Source: a virus
Taxonomy: Duplodnaviria; Caudoviricetes
Direction: 5' to 3' (one strand)
Length of the DNA: 52,850 nt
Virus record (IMG/VR): IMGVR_UViG_3300032271_000563
Location: 1 to 52,850 of that record
Below the pieces are notes generated by a model that was not told where the DNA came from, ran no database searches, and saw nothing but the letters and a program-made list of their open reading frames with translations. The position numbers and the translations under genes were made by a program. This document shows positions 1 to 8,800 of this stretch, piece after piece (positions within the stretch are counted from its first letter, which is position 1; the number at the start of each line of letters is the position of its first letter).

Positions 1-16
1 AAAAGAACGTGAGGCG

Positions 17-247
17 GTGGCTAATTGGATTATGGGCAAAGGTTTTGCTACAGGTCATGGAGACACTACCGTTGATATGCTTAATGAGCTAGAGTGGCAA
101 GTAGCAGAGCGTGAGCGTGAGGCGTGTGCAAAGATTGCAGAAAATAGAATGTTGGATGATAAAAATGAAAATATAAAAAAAGGATATTTTTATGCCCAAC
201 AAAGCATTGCTCAAGATATTCGTGAGAGGAAAAGAACACATGACTGA
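17..247 (+). CDS. hypothetical phage protein (may be 5'-truncated by window edge)
   Basis: ORF overlapping the start of the next gene; EREACAKIAE motif typical of small phage early proteins. Confidence 0.55.
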   Translation: MANWIMGKGFATGHGDTTVDMLNELEWQVAEREREACAKIAENRMLDDKNENIKKGYFYAQQSIAQDIRERKRTHD

Positions 248-503
248 AGAAACAAATAAATGCACAGCCTGTTCTTGTGACTTTACAGATGATGAGGGTG
301 GCGTACATGGTGACTTTGGCATTCTTCCAATGTCTTTCTGTCCTACTTGCCTCTCTTGTATGCTAGACATGGCTGAACAGTTGAACCCTAAAGAATGGGT
401 AGGGCTGACAAATAAGGACAAACAAAAATTAGCCGCAGAACATCACGATTGGGAAAGTTTATGTTTTGCGGTTGAAGCCAAATTAAAGGAGAAAAACACA
501 TGA
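240..503 (+). CDS. small Cys-rich (CxxC...CxxC) hypothetical protein
   Basis: ATG at 240 after GAGGA; CTAC and CPTC pairs; ATGA overlap with next gene. Confidence 0.6.
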   Translation: MTEETNKCTACSCDFTDDEGGVHGDFGILPMSFCPTCLSCMLDMAEQLNPKEWVGLTNKDKQKLAAEHHDWESLCFAVEAKLKEKNT

Positions 504-844
504 CTGATAAATTAATTGATCCAAATGCCGCAGTTGATTTTATGTACAGCCACGCTGTGCAATTTGCTCAAGCCAAAGCAAACAGGTTTTACCTGGAAGA
601 GTACCGTAAGACATTAAAGGCAGAGCTATGCAAGACAGCATTGGAAGTTGGTTTTGAGGCTGTCAATGCCCAGGAGCGGGAGGCGTACTCCAGTCCCAAG
701 TACAAAGCGCACCTGACGGCCATTAAAGAGGCTATACAGCTTGAAGAGCAACTAAGGTGGCAACTGGTTGCCGCCCAGGCAAGAATCGACGTATGGCGGT
801 CCCAGGAGGCTAGCAACAGGGCATTTGATAAGGCGGTGGTATGA
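500..844 (+). CDS. conserved helical phage protein, function unknown
   Basis: AAGGAG RBS; coupled to both neighbours by ATGA overlaps. Confidence 0.7.
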   Translation: MTDKLIDPNAAVDFMYSHAVQFAQAKANRFYLEEYRKTLKAELCKTALEVGFEAVNAQEREAYSSPKYKAHLTAIKEAIQLEEQLRWQLVAAQARIDVWRSQEASNRAFDKAVV

Positions 845-1122
845 ACAACAGCCTAACAACAAAAGAGCGCGATTACGTTGGCCTGGTTAAGCTGTTGCCC
901 TGCTCTGTATGTGATGCGGCTGGTCCTAGCAGTGCCCACCACGTTAAACAGGGAAACCAATACACAGTGGTGGCCCTGTGCTGGGACTGTCACCAGGGTC
1001 CTATGCTGGGTTGGCACGGGCAGAAAAGAATGTGGGGCATTAAAAAAATGGACATGGATGATGCGTTAAATACAACAATTAAGCGGGTGATTGAATTAAT
1101 TAATAACCCTACAGTTGCGTAG
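841..1122 (+). CDS. Zn-binding HNH-like protein (DUF968/Ref-like)
   Basis: PCSVC...AHH...LCWDCH motif pattern. Confidence 0.65.
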   Translation: MNNSLTTKERDYVGLVKLLPCSVCDAAGPSSAHHVKQGNQYTVVALCWDCHQGPMLGWHGQKRMWGIKKMDMDDALNTTIKRVIELINNPTVA

Positions 1123-1178
1123 GATATTAACTTTGAGTTAAGATAGCGTTACTGCAACAGAGCAGTTTATTTGAAACA
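1115..1178 (+). promoter_or_regulatory. sigma70-type promoter with palindromic operator and leader hairpin, copy 1
   Basis: TTGCGT-18-TAAGAT; TTAAC-N5-GTTAA at 1127-1141; ACTGC/GCAGT hairpin; near-duplicate at 2273-2336. Confidence 0.7.
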
Positions 1179-1192
1179 CAAAGGAAAACACC

Positions 1193-1489
1193 ATGACAAC
1201 AGCAACATTAGTTACCCTCGCAATCGTTGACGAAATTGGTTTCTTGGAAGAAGAGATCAAAAACAAACAAGCAGAACTTGAGTCCAAAAAAGACGAACTC
1301 AAATTATTGGGTGCAGGCACATACGTTGGAGCCTTGTTTGTAACTAACATAACCAACACCCCAGAGAAGAAATCTGTATCCTGGGCCAAAGCCGCCAAAG
1401 AGGTAAACATACCCGCCGCAATTGTTGAAAAGCACACTACAGTGACTTACAACATTTTGTCAGCTACTACCAAAGCCCGTTCAAACTAA
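1193..1489 (+). CDS. hypothetical protein
   Basis: AAGGA RBS directly downstream of predicted promoter. Confidence 0.75.
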   Translation: MTTATLVTLAIVDEIGFLEEEIKNKQAELESKKDELKLLGAGTYVGALFVTNITNTPEKKSVSWAKAAKEVNIPAAIVEKHTTVTYNILSATTKARSN

Positions 1490-1499
1490 GGGGTACACA

Positions 1500-1769
1500 A
1501 TGACAAGAGCAATCATTAAATCAGCAATGTCAATTTCTGAATTGGCTTACACACTAGACAACATTTCTACTGATGACAAAAAAGAAATTGAAGACTATAC
1601 AGATGCTGAAATTTTGCATGAGGCTGAATATGTTTTAGGATTATTCACTGATCCTAACGAGACACATTGGAATGCAGAAGATTTGCGTGGAGAGAACGGT
1701 CCAGGACAAAAAAAATGGGCTAAAGCTGAAGTACGTAAACTGCAAGCATTCATTAAAAAATATAGTTAA
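1500..1769 (+). CDS. hypothetical acidic protein
   Basis: AAGGGG RBS; operon spacing. Confidence 0.75.
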   Translation: MTRAIIKSAMSISELAYTLDNISTDDKKEIEDYTDAEILHEAEYVLGLFTDPNETHWNAEDLRGENGPGQKKWAKAEVRKLQAFIKKYS

Positions 1770-1776
1770 ACCAACT

Positions 1777-1794
1777 GCCCCCTTAGGGGGGCTT
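1777..1794 (+). terminator. GC hairpin (weak terminator or processing stem)
   Basis: GCCCCC-TTAG-GGGGGC with only a short T tail. Confidence 0.4.
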
Positions 1795-1806
1795 AAAGGA
1801 ACCAAA

Positions 1807-2070
1807 ATGACATACTCATCAGCCTGCGGAACAATAGTCAGAACATCACGCAGAAATCGTGGAGTTGGATCAAACCCAAATGGTCGCAAAGAATGGATTG
1901 TGATTCGTAGAGACACATATGTTGGTGCATTGAAGTTGTGGAGGCCAACTATGCCAATGACTATCAAGCAAGCTTGCGAGGCTTTTGATCACCTCAGTCG
2001 TTGGGATGAGACAGAAGTAAAAATGATCACTGTAAAAGAGTGGGAACAAATGAAAAAGGAAATGGTATGA
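1807..2070 (+). CDS. hypothetical protein
   Basis: ATG at 1807 after AAGGA (track ORF 1672..2070 looks over-extended). Confidence 0.65.
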   Translation: MTYSSACGTIVRTSRRNRGVGSNPNGRKEWIVIRRDTYVGALKLWRPTMPMTIKQACEAFDHLSRWDETEVKMITVKEWEQMKKEMV

Positions 2071-2276
2071 ACGAAGAAATCGAAACAATCGTCCGCACCG
2101 AAGACGGTGTCCGCGTAGCAGTCTCCCAGTGGAGCAACGACAGCGTATGGTTAAGTCTTCAGGCTCACCATGCAACAATGCATGTAACCTTTACGCGAGC
2201 AGAAACCGAGCAATTGTTCGCTGGCTTAAAAGCCATTTTGGATTTACCTGTGGCCGAACAAAGCCCACAGAGTTGA
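2067..2276 (+). CDS. hypothetical protein
   Basis: ATGA overlap with previous stop; AAGGA upstream. Confidence 0.65.
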   Translation: MNEEIETIVRTEDGVRVAVSQWSNDSVWLSLQAHHATMHVTFTRAETEQLFAGLKAILDLPVAEQSPQS

Positions 2277-2336
2277 CAGGGCTATTAACTTTCTGTTAAG
2301 ATACCAATCACTGCATATCGCAGTTTATTTGAAACA
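2273..2336 (+). promoter_or_regulatory. sigma70-type promoter with palindromic operator and leader hairpin, copy 2
   Basis: TTGACA-18-TAAGAT with TGn extension; TTAAC-N5-GTTAA at 2285-2299; ACTGC/GCAGT hairpin then TTATTTGAAACA as in copy 1. Confidence 0.75.
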
Positions 2337-2354
2337 TTTTTAAAGGATTAAATC

Positions 2355-3203
2355 ATGTATCGTTTTTCAACTTCTTCCAAGCAATCAGCATATCGTTCAA
2401 ACAACCCTTTGTCGAATGAGCAGATTGCTCGCTTTGCGCCAAGCGTATTGGCCGACACTGCTCACCAGTCCCGCGGTGACCGTTACACATTCATCCCTAC
2501 ATTGCAAGTAATTGACGGTTTACGCAATGAGGGTTTCGAGGCTTTCGAGGTGCGCCAAACCAATTGCCGTGACCTGGCCAAACGCGAGTTCACCAAGCAC
2601 ATGGTCCGCCTGCGCCATCCTGATGCTATTGCATCCCAGGGTGAAGTGCCTGAGTTGGTGTTGATCAATAGCCATGACGGCACAAGCTCATACCAATTGT
2701 TGGCTGGCTTTTTCCGCTTTGTGTGCTCCAACGGTTTAATCGCTGGTGACATCCAGTCTGACGTTCGTGTACGCCACAGCGGCAATGTGGTCCATGACGT
2801 GATCGAGGGTTCATTCAAAGTATTGGACAACGTCAAGCAAATCAGCAACAGCATTGGTGAGTTCAAAAGTATTACATTGAACAGATCAGAGCAAGAGTTG
2901 TTTGCCAACACTGCATTGCAGTTGCGCTGGGACGATAAGGCGCCTGTGACTGCTGAGCGCGTTCTCCAGGCCAATCGCCACGAAGACGTAAGTTCTGACC
3001 TCTGGACCACGTTTAACCGCGTCCAAGAGAACATGATCAAAGGTGGGGTATCAGGAAGGACCACTACAGGCCGCAGGATGCACACAAGAGGCGTCTCAGG
3101 TGTCAATGAGAACGTCAAGCTCAATCGCGCCTTGTGGAGCCTTGCAGACGGCATGGCAAAGCTTAAAGCCAGCGTAATTGATGTAGAGGAAGTGTTCGCT
3201 TAA
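2355..3203 (+). CDS. DUF932/DUF945 family protein
   Basis: RYTFIPT, FTKHMVRLR, LINSHDGTSSY, FRFVCSNGLI, DLWTTFNRVQEN, KLNRALW motifs. Confidence 0.85.
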   Translation: MYRFSTSSKQSAYRSNNPLSNEQIARFAPSVLADTAHQSRGDRYTFIPTLQVIDGLRNEGFEAFEVRQTNCRDLAKREFTKHMVRLRHPDAIASQGEVPELVLINSHDGTSSYQLLAGFFRFVCSNGLIAGDIQSDVRVRHSGNVVHDVIEGSFKVLDNVKQISNSIGEFKSITLNRSEQELFANTALQLRWDDKAPVTAERVLQANRHEDVSSDLWTTFNRVQENMIKGGVSGRTTTGRRMHTRGVSGVNENVKLNRALWSLADGMAKLKASVIDVEEVFA

Positions 3204-3210
3204 CAACCAC

Positions 3211-3230
3211 GGGGCTACGGCCCCTTTTTT
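3211..3230 (+). terminator. Rho-independent terminator
   Basis: GGGGC-TACG-GCCCC followed by T6. Confidence 0.85.
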
Positions 3231-3242
3231 ATTGGACCCACA

Positions 3243-3425
3243 ATGAACTTTAAAGAATTAGAATTTTTCAATGCTGGTGAAGATTTCACTGCACACGCCG
3301 TGTTATCATATGCTTTACAAACAGGCCAGGACCTTACGGGGTTGTTGAACTATTTGGGTTATGACGTTGTAAATAACGAAACCCTGGTAGCAAACAGCAA
3401 CCTTTTAGGTATAATTAACAAATAG
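3243..3425 (+). CDS. possible small hypothetical protein
   Basis: 60-aa ORF filling the gap; weak RBS. Confidence 0.4.
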   Translation: MNFKELEFFNAGEDFTAHAVLSYALQTGQDLTGLLNYLGYDVVNNETLVANSNLLGIINK

Positions 3426-3429
3426 TTAA
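3388..3429 (+). promoter_or_regulatory. putative promoter with operator copy
   Basis: TAGCAA-16-TATAAT (3410-3415) followed by perfect TTAAC-AAATA-GTTAA (3415-3429). Confidence 0.55.
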
Positions 3430-3452
3430 TAATCTTAACCTGGAGTAAACAA

Positions 3453-3746
3453 ATGGCCAAAACCTTAATCGATACTGTCACAAAAAGAAAACGGACCCCA
3501 GTCGAGCCAAAAGAAGACAAGCTTTACCCAAAACAGAAGATAGTCAGCGCCCAGGGCACAAAGCCACCAGGACCGCCCAAGGCGCCCACCATGGAACAAG
3601 TACAAGACGTAGAGTGGATGAATTGGGTGGAATACGCCCAAAGCCGCATAAGATACCTGGAAAACAAATTGGCATTACAAGCAGATGAAATCGATTATCA
3701 CAAGCAGTCGATAAAACGCCTCAAGAATCGCATCTTGCAGGGATAA
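3453..3746 (+). CDS. hypothetical protein with C-terminal coiled coil
   Basis: GGAG RBS; 97-aa ORF. Confidence 0.65.
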   Translation: MAKTLIDTVTKRKRTPVEPKEDKLYPKQKIVSAQGTKPPGPPKAPTMEQVQDVEWMNWVEYAQSRIRYLENKLALQADEIDYHKQSIKRLKNRILQG

Positions 3747-3798
3747 ACCAAAATAGTTACACTTACTCGCAGTGCATAGGACTTTCGGAGAATAGGGA

Positions 3799-4314
3799 AT
3801 GCCTGACAAAAAGCTGACAACAACGCCGCCTAATAAACGTGGACGGCCATCAACATACACTGAACACATAGCCCAGGTCATATGTGTACGTATAGCTGAA
3901 GGGGAAAGCTTACGTAAGATAGTACTGGATGACAACATGCCCGATAGGGTGACGATTTACCGTTGGTTGTTGGATAAGCCAGATTTCTGCAACCAATACG
4001 CTCGCGCACGTGAAGACCAGGCTGAGACTCACGCTGACGAAATCGTGGACATTGCTGACCAACTGCCGTACCAGATCACTGACAAAGACGGCAACATTCG
4101 GATTGATTCTGCTTACGTACAGTGGCAAAAGAACCGCATAGACGCTCGCAAATGGGTTGCATCCAAGCTCAAGGCCACCAAGTATGGGGACGTGCTCAAA
4201 CACACTGGAGACGCGAATAACCCGCTTGTGGTGGACGTCATGGCCAAAGAGATTGTGACCAGCATGATCAAGAACGTCGAAATGAAACGTCAATTAGCCA
4301 GCAATGCAAGCTGA
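3799..4314 (+). CDS. terS: terminase small subunit (Sf6/P22-like)
   Basis: GRPSTY...ICVRIAEGESLRKI HTH, YARARE, RIDARKWVASKL; precedes terL. Confidence 0.9.
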   Translation: MPDKKLTTTPPNKRGRPSTYTEHIAQVICVRIAEGESLRKIVLDDNMPDRVTIYRWLLDKPDFCNQYARAREDQAETHADEIVDIADQLPYQITDKDGNIRIDSAYVQWQKNRIDARKWVASKLKATKYGDVLKHTGDANNPLVVDVMAKEIVTSMIKNVEMKRQLASNAS

Positions 4315-5740
4315 CATACTAGATGACATTGAGGCCAAACTAAAGGACCCAGAGATCCAGGAGACGCTGTCCAAGCTGGCGCCTGAGGACCTGGCCGCAT
4401 TCCAGTGGCGCATGAACTGGTTAGCAAGCGCTCACGATCACCAGATCGAGCCTACGGGGGAGTGGTGGTCCATATGGGCTGTCATTGCAGGCAGGGGGGC
4501 GGGTAAATCGAGGCTGGCCGCGGAGAATATGGCATGGTGGGCCTGGAGTATCCCTAAGTCACGCTGGCTTGTAGCGGCCCCCACAAGCGCCGACATACGC
4601 GGTACTTGCTTTGAGGGTGAGTCTGGCCTGCTTGCTGTCATCCCTGAAATACTGATCAAAGACTACAACAAAAGTATTAGCCAGATTACGTTGATCAATG
4701 GGTCAATCATTGGCGGCATACCAGCATCTGAGCCCAACAGGTTCAGGGGGCCGCAGTGGCATGGAGCCTGGCTGGATGAGTTGGCCGCATATGACTACAT
4801 CACAGAGACGTGGGACCAGGTGCAGTTTAGCGTCCGTCTGGGCCAGCGCACCAGGATCATAGTCACTACTACCCCCAGGCCAAAAGATTTGATTGTGGAC
4901 CTGATAGGACGGGCTGGTGATGATGTTGCGTTGACAACGGCGTCCACTTACACCAACTTGATGAATTTAAGCCCAAGCTTTAAGAAACAGATTCTTAGCT
5001 ATGAGGGCACCAAGCTGGGACGCCAGGAGATTTATGCGGAGGTGCTGGACCCAGAAGACACTGGCATTATCAAGCGTTCGATGTTCAGGTTGTGGCCGCC
5101 ACACAAAGAGTTCCCCAAGTTCGAGTACATATTAAGTTCCTATGATGTTGCTTTCACGGACAAGACGCAGAACGACGCGACAGCAAATATTGTGTTTGGG
5201 GTGTTCAAGCCCACTGATGGTCCAATGAGCGTGATGGTGATCGACTGCTGGCAAGACCGCTTACAGTATCCTGACCTGCGCCCCAAGGTGATCGAAGAGT
5301 TCGAGGTGGTCTACGGTGAGGGCAAAGACAAGAAGAGGGTTGACTTGATCCTGGTGGAGGACAAAGCCGCGGGTATCAGCCTTATACAGGACTTGCAACG
5401 CGCTCACTTGCCTGTTCGTGGGTACAACCCAGGCCGAGCCGACAAGACGCAACGGTTGAACATTGTGTCCAACATCATTGCCGCAGGACGTGTATGGGTG
5501 CCTGAAAGCTCCAAGAACAAGGGTTACGTGCGTGATTGGGCCGAAGGGATGATAAGCCAGGTGTGTTCATTCCCTGAGTCAGCACACGACGATTACGTGG
5601 ACGCAATGACCCAGGCATTGAGGTACTTGAGGGATTCACACTGGCTGGACATTGATGGGCCCGCACCAGAAGACTATGACGAGGATGATTTGATTGACGC
5701 TGGGATGGTCAAACGTCGCGGTAATCCATACGCTCAATGA
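4304..5740 (+). CDS. terL: terminase large subunit
   Basis: Walker A GRGAGKS, Walker B AWLDE, TTTPRP coupling motif, nuclease SYDVAF and HDDYVDA. Confidence 0.95.
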   Translation: MQADILDDIEAKLKDPEIQETLSKLAPEDLAAFQWRMNWLASAHDHQIEPTGEWWSIWAVIAGRGAGKSRLAAENMAWWAWSIPKSRWLVAAPTSADIRGTCFEGESGLLAVIPEILIKDYNKSISQITLINGSIIGGIPASEPNRFRGPQWHGAWLDELAAYDYITETWDQVQFSVRLGQRTRIIVTTTPRPKDLIVDLIGRAGDDVALTTASTYTNLMNLSPSFKKQILSYEGTKLGRQEIYAEVLDPEDTGIIKRSMFRLWPPHKEFPKFEYILSSYDVAFTDKTQNDATANIVFGVFKPTDGPMSVMVIDCWQDRLQYPDLRPKVIEEFEVVYGEGKDKKRVDLILVEDKAAGISLIQDLQRAHLPVRGYNPGRADKTQRLNIVSNIIAAGRVWVPESSKNKGYVRDWAEGMISQVCSFPESAHDDYVDAMTQALRYLRDSHWLDIDGPAPEDYDEDDLIDAGMVKRRGNPYAQ

Positions 5741-5752
5741 TTATGTGCTTAC

Positions 5753-5781
5753 TAGACCAAACCCCAAACCTTAGGCATAAT
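5753..5781 (+). promoter_or_regulatory. possible promoter for the virion operon
   Basis: TAGACC-17-CATAAT in the terL/giant-gene gap, flanked by an ACTAGAC...GTCTAGT inverted repeat. Confidence 0.35.
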
Positions 5782-5809
5782 GTGGTCAGTCTAGTCCTAC
5801 GAGGTCAAA

Positions 5810-8800
5810 ATGCCTGAAGGTTTACTTAGCGGTGTTCTACCCGCCTTATATTCTGCTGGAGACTATGCCAAGCGCCAGGTCAAAAACATTGCCTCTGACC
5901 CATTAGGCGTCATACAGCAGTCTTTGGGGCAAATGACCGATACCCGTAAACGGTTTGATGATTTAGCCCGTATGGCCTACGGTGACCCCAAGAATCCTGC
6001 AAAAGTTACAAACAAAGCCGCGCACGATCTGCTCCAAACAATGGCCACAGAACAAATGCTCAACATGAACATGGGCGTGTCTGGTGTGGTCAAACCACTG
6101 AAAGGTGGCGCCTGGCTGGACAAAACAGTAGATCGCATGATTGATGACATGAGGCCAATGTATTCAATAGACGATAAGTTGTCGTTAGAAAAGCAATTAA
6201 AAGGATACCAAGATTACGTAGAGCAAAATAAAAATTTACCTAATGCTGATTTAACTCATGTTGAGGCAGGAATAAGAGACATTGAAGACTTGCTCAAACG
6301 ACTGCCTGGTTATTCAGCAGTGCATGAATGGTTGAATAAGAACTTGCGTAATTATGTCAAGAATGAGATGGGCACACCTTTTGACCCATTGCGTAAGCAA
6401 GCTGATGAAAAAACTAAGATTCACCTTGAGCCAGATCAATTAGCACACCAACCTTACATTGAGGGTGTTAAGAATAGAAGGGAAGAAGTGGGTATGCCTG
6501 TTGAGGGTATGGCCAAAACCCCTATGGGTAAGTCATGGGAAGATCGTGCTGATTTGCACATTGAAAGTCAACCTGCATCTTATTACCAAAACAAACCATC
6601 GTATGTTGCTGATTTTGGACAATTTGGTTCTAACAAGTTTCATACTGAAGAAGAGGCTAAAAAATCAATTGAAAAATGGCATAAAGCTATTAGTAATTTA
6701 AGTGCAAATGGACCTCTTCGTAAAGTTGTACCAACAATTCAAAGAACAGGGCCCATGGTAGAACACCCATGGCTTGAAAAGAAAGCACCTAATGAACCCA
6801 TTTACAACCTTGATGGTGGACAGGCATTAAACTTCAGGCCAGTTACCGAAACATTGTTAAATGACATATTTGAAGGCAGGTTACCTGCTGAAAGCTTAAA
6901 AAATGTATCTGTGGCTCAAGCAGTGGCCAGGCATTCAGACTATCAAAAGGAGTTGGCCGCACAATTGGCAAAACTTGAGGCGGAGCAACAAAAAAAGAAT
7001 TTATCAGCCAATGTACATAAAAAGTATGATGATGAACATCAATGGATTGAATTGCCCGACACAATGTCATCGGCAGAAAACAAAGAGTTTTGCAAAGGTA
7101 TAGGTAAAACCCTTGGGTTGTGTACCCAGAACGATTGGGCGGCAGAGGACTACGGCAGGCATGACGTTGGTAATCGTTTGTATGCTTTGATTGACAAAGA
7201 AGGTAAGCCCCACGCCCAAATACAAACAAAACATCGTAATTTTAATTTGCGGGACATAGCTCAATTGCCCGCTGAAGATCAGAAATTGATCAATAAGCAG
7301 GTAACAGAATGGGCCCAAAATCAAGACGAGTACCCAACACATAGTCGAGTTGAACGTGCATATTCTGATGCGGCCAAGTCATTAGGGCATCAATTGCCCA
7401 CTGATGTATTGGAAATCAAGCCACCAAGCAATGACTGGAAAGGTCAGTATTCATTAGACCGTGAAGAGAAATACCCAGGGTATCAAGAAAAGTACAAGCC
7501 GTATTTGGATGACTTTGTAAGGTCAGGCAACTATGGGGACGTGGGTGATTTGTACAACACCAATTTGTTTGATCTTAACAATGTGTCAGATTATGCTAAC
7601 AAGTTAAAATCGCATGCAAATAAAGTTGGTTTAAATTTTCCCAGGTTCATTACTAATCAAGAAAGAGATATATTAGGCGAACATTCAATACACCACCAAG
7701 TTGCTGAAGCGGTTAACAATCCAGCAATTAGACCATTTCCTGAAATTCCTGAAGAGCTTAGAAAGTATCAAGTACAACCAGAACCACCCGTACAAGAGTA
7801 CAAAGTAGGCGGAGCAGTACAGCATTTTGATGATGGTGGGGAAGTAACCAGCCAGGACGATTTAAACAAACCATTCTTTGGTAACCCCAACATTCAGCGC
7901 CAGGGTGCCGCGGCAAGAGCCAATGCGGCAGAGCGTTCGCCACTGACCCTGCCTGACCCCAGGACGTATGCGGCGGCCACTACAGCCTTATCAGTGCCTG
8001 TGAACATGGCCAACATGTTTTACGGCGGTGCCCAGTCAGTAGCTAAAAGTATTCCTGAGGCAATTAAGACGGGCCAGCCCCCAGCACCAATTGCGGAAAG
8101 ATTGGCTGAGAAGTATTTCAGTCAAAACCCTGGGATGCAACCCGACACTCCATTGGCTGAAGAATACCAGGGTAACCTTGGTAAAGCTTTAAGCTGGGTG
8201 CCACCTGTTGTAGGTGATTTGATGTTTGCCAGAAACGTGGGGGAAGTATCAAACCCCATGAAGATGATGCTTAAAGACTACATGAAGGCCAACCCGCCAT
8301 CAGTAGGATTAAGCACTAAAAATGTTGGTGAGCCCATTGGAGAGGCAATAGCACCTAAAAAAGTAGGTATCAATGTAAACCAAGACAAAGATAATTTATA
8401 TGCTGACAAAATTATCAGCGGAGAAAAAACATTTGAAACTCGAGATAGCGACTCATTGAGGCCGTATGTTGGTACCAGGGTGCCAATTATTGCCACTGGT
8501 AGTGGACCTGCAAAAGCAATAGGTGAAGTGCATTTGGGTGAGCCAATTAAAGTAACTTCCAAAGAAGAATTTGACAAATATCGAGATCAACATTTGGTGC
8601 CAGAAGGTTCAACTTTCGATATAAAAAAAGGTGGCGAAAAATGGTTGTATCCTGTGAGCCAGCCAATTAGATATGGCACTCCAAAAGATGTAGCTAAATA
8701 TGGCATTGTGGCCAGGGAAGTTTATGGCCATGAAGACGGGCTAAAAGATCAGCCATTAAAAATGGATATGAAATCAGGTGATATTACTCAGCACAACTTG

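Noticed and set aside
2483-3154. 223-aa minus-strand ORF
   Set aside because: Antisense shadow of the well-supported DUF932 gene, with no motif of its own
6991-6997. In-frame A-AAA-AAG in the giant gene
   Set aside because: No convincing downstream stem and no meaningful -1 product; shows the heptamer alone can occur by chance
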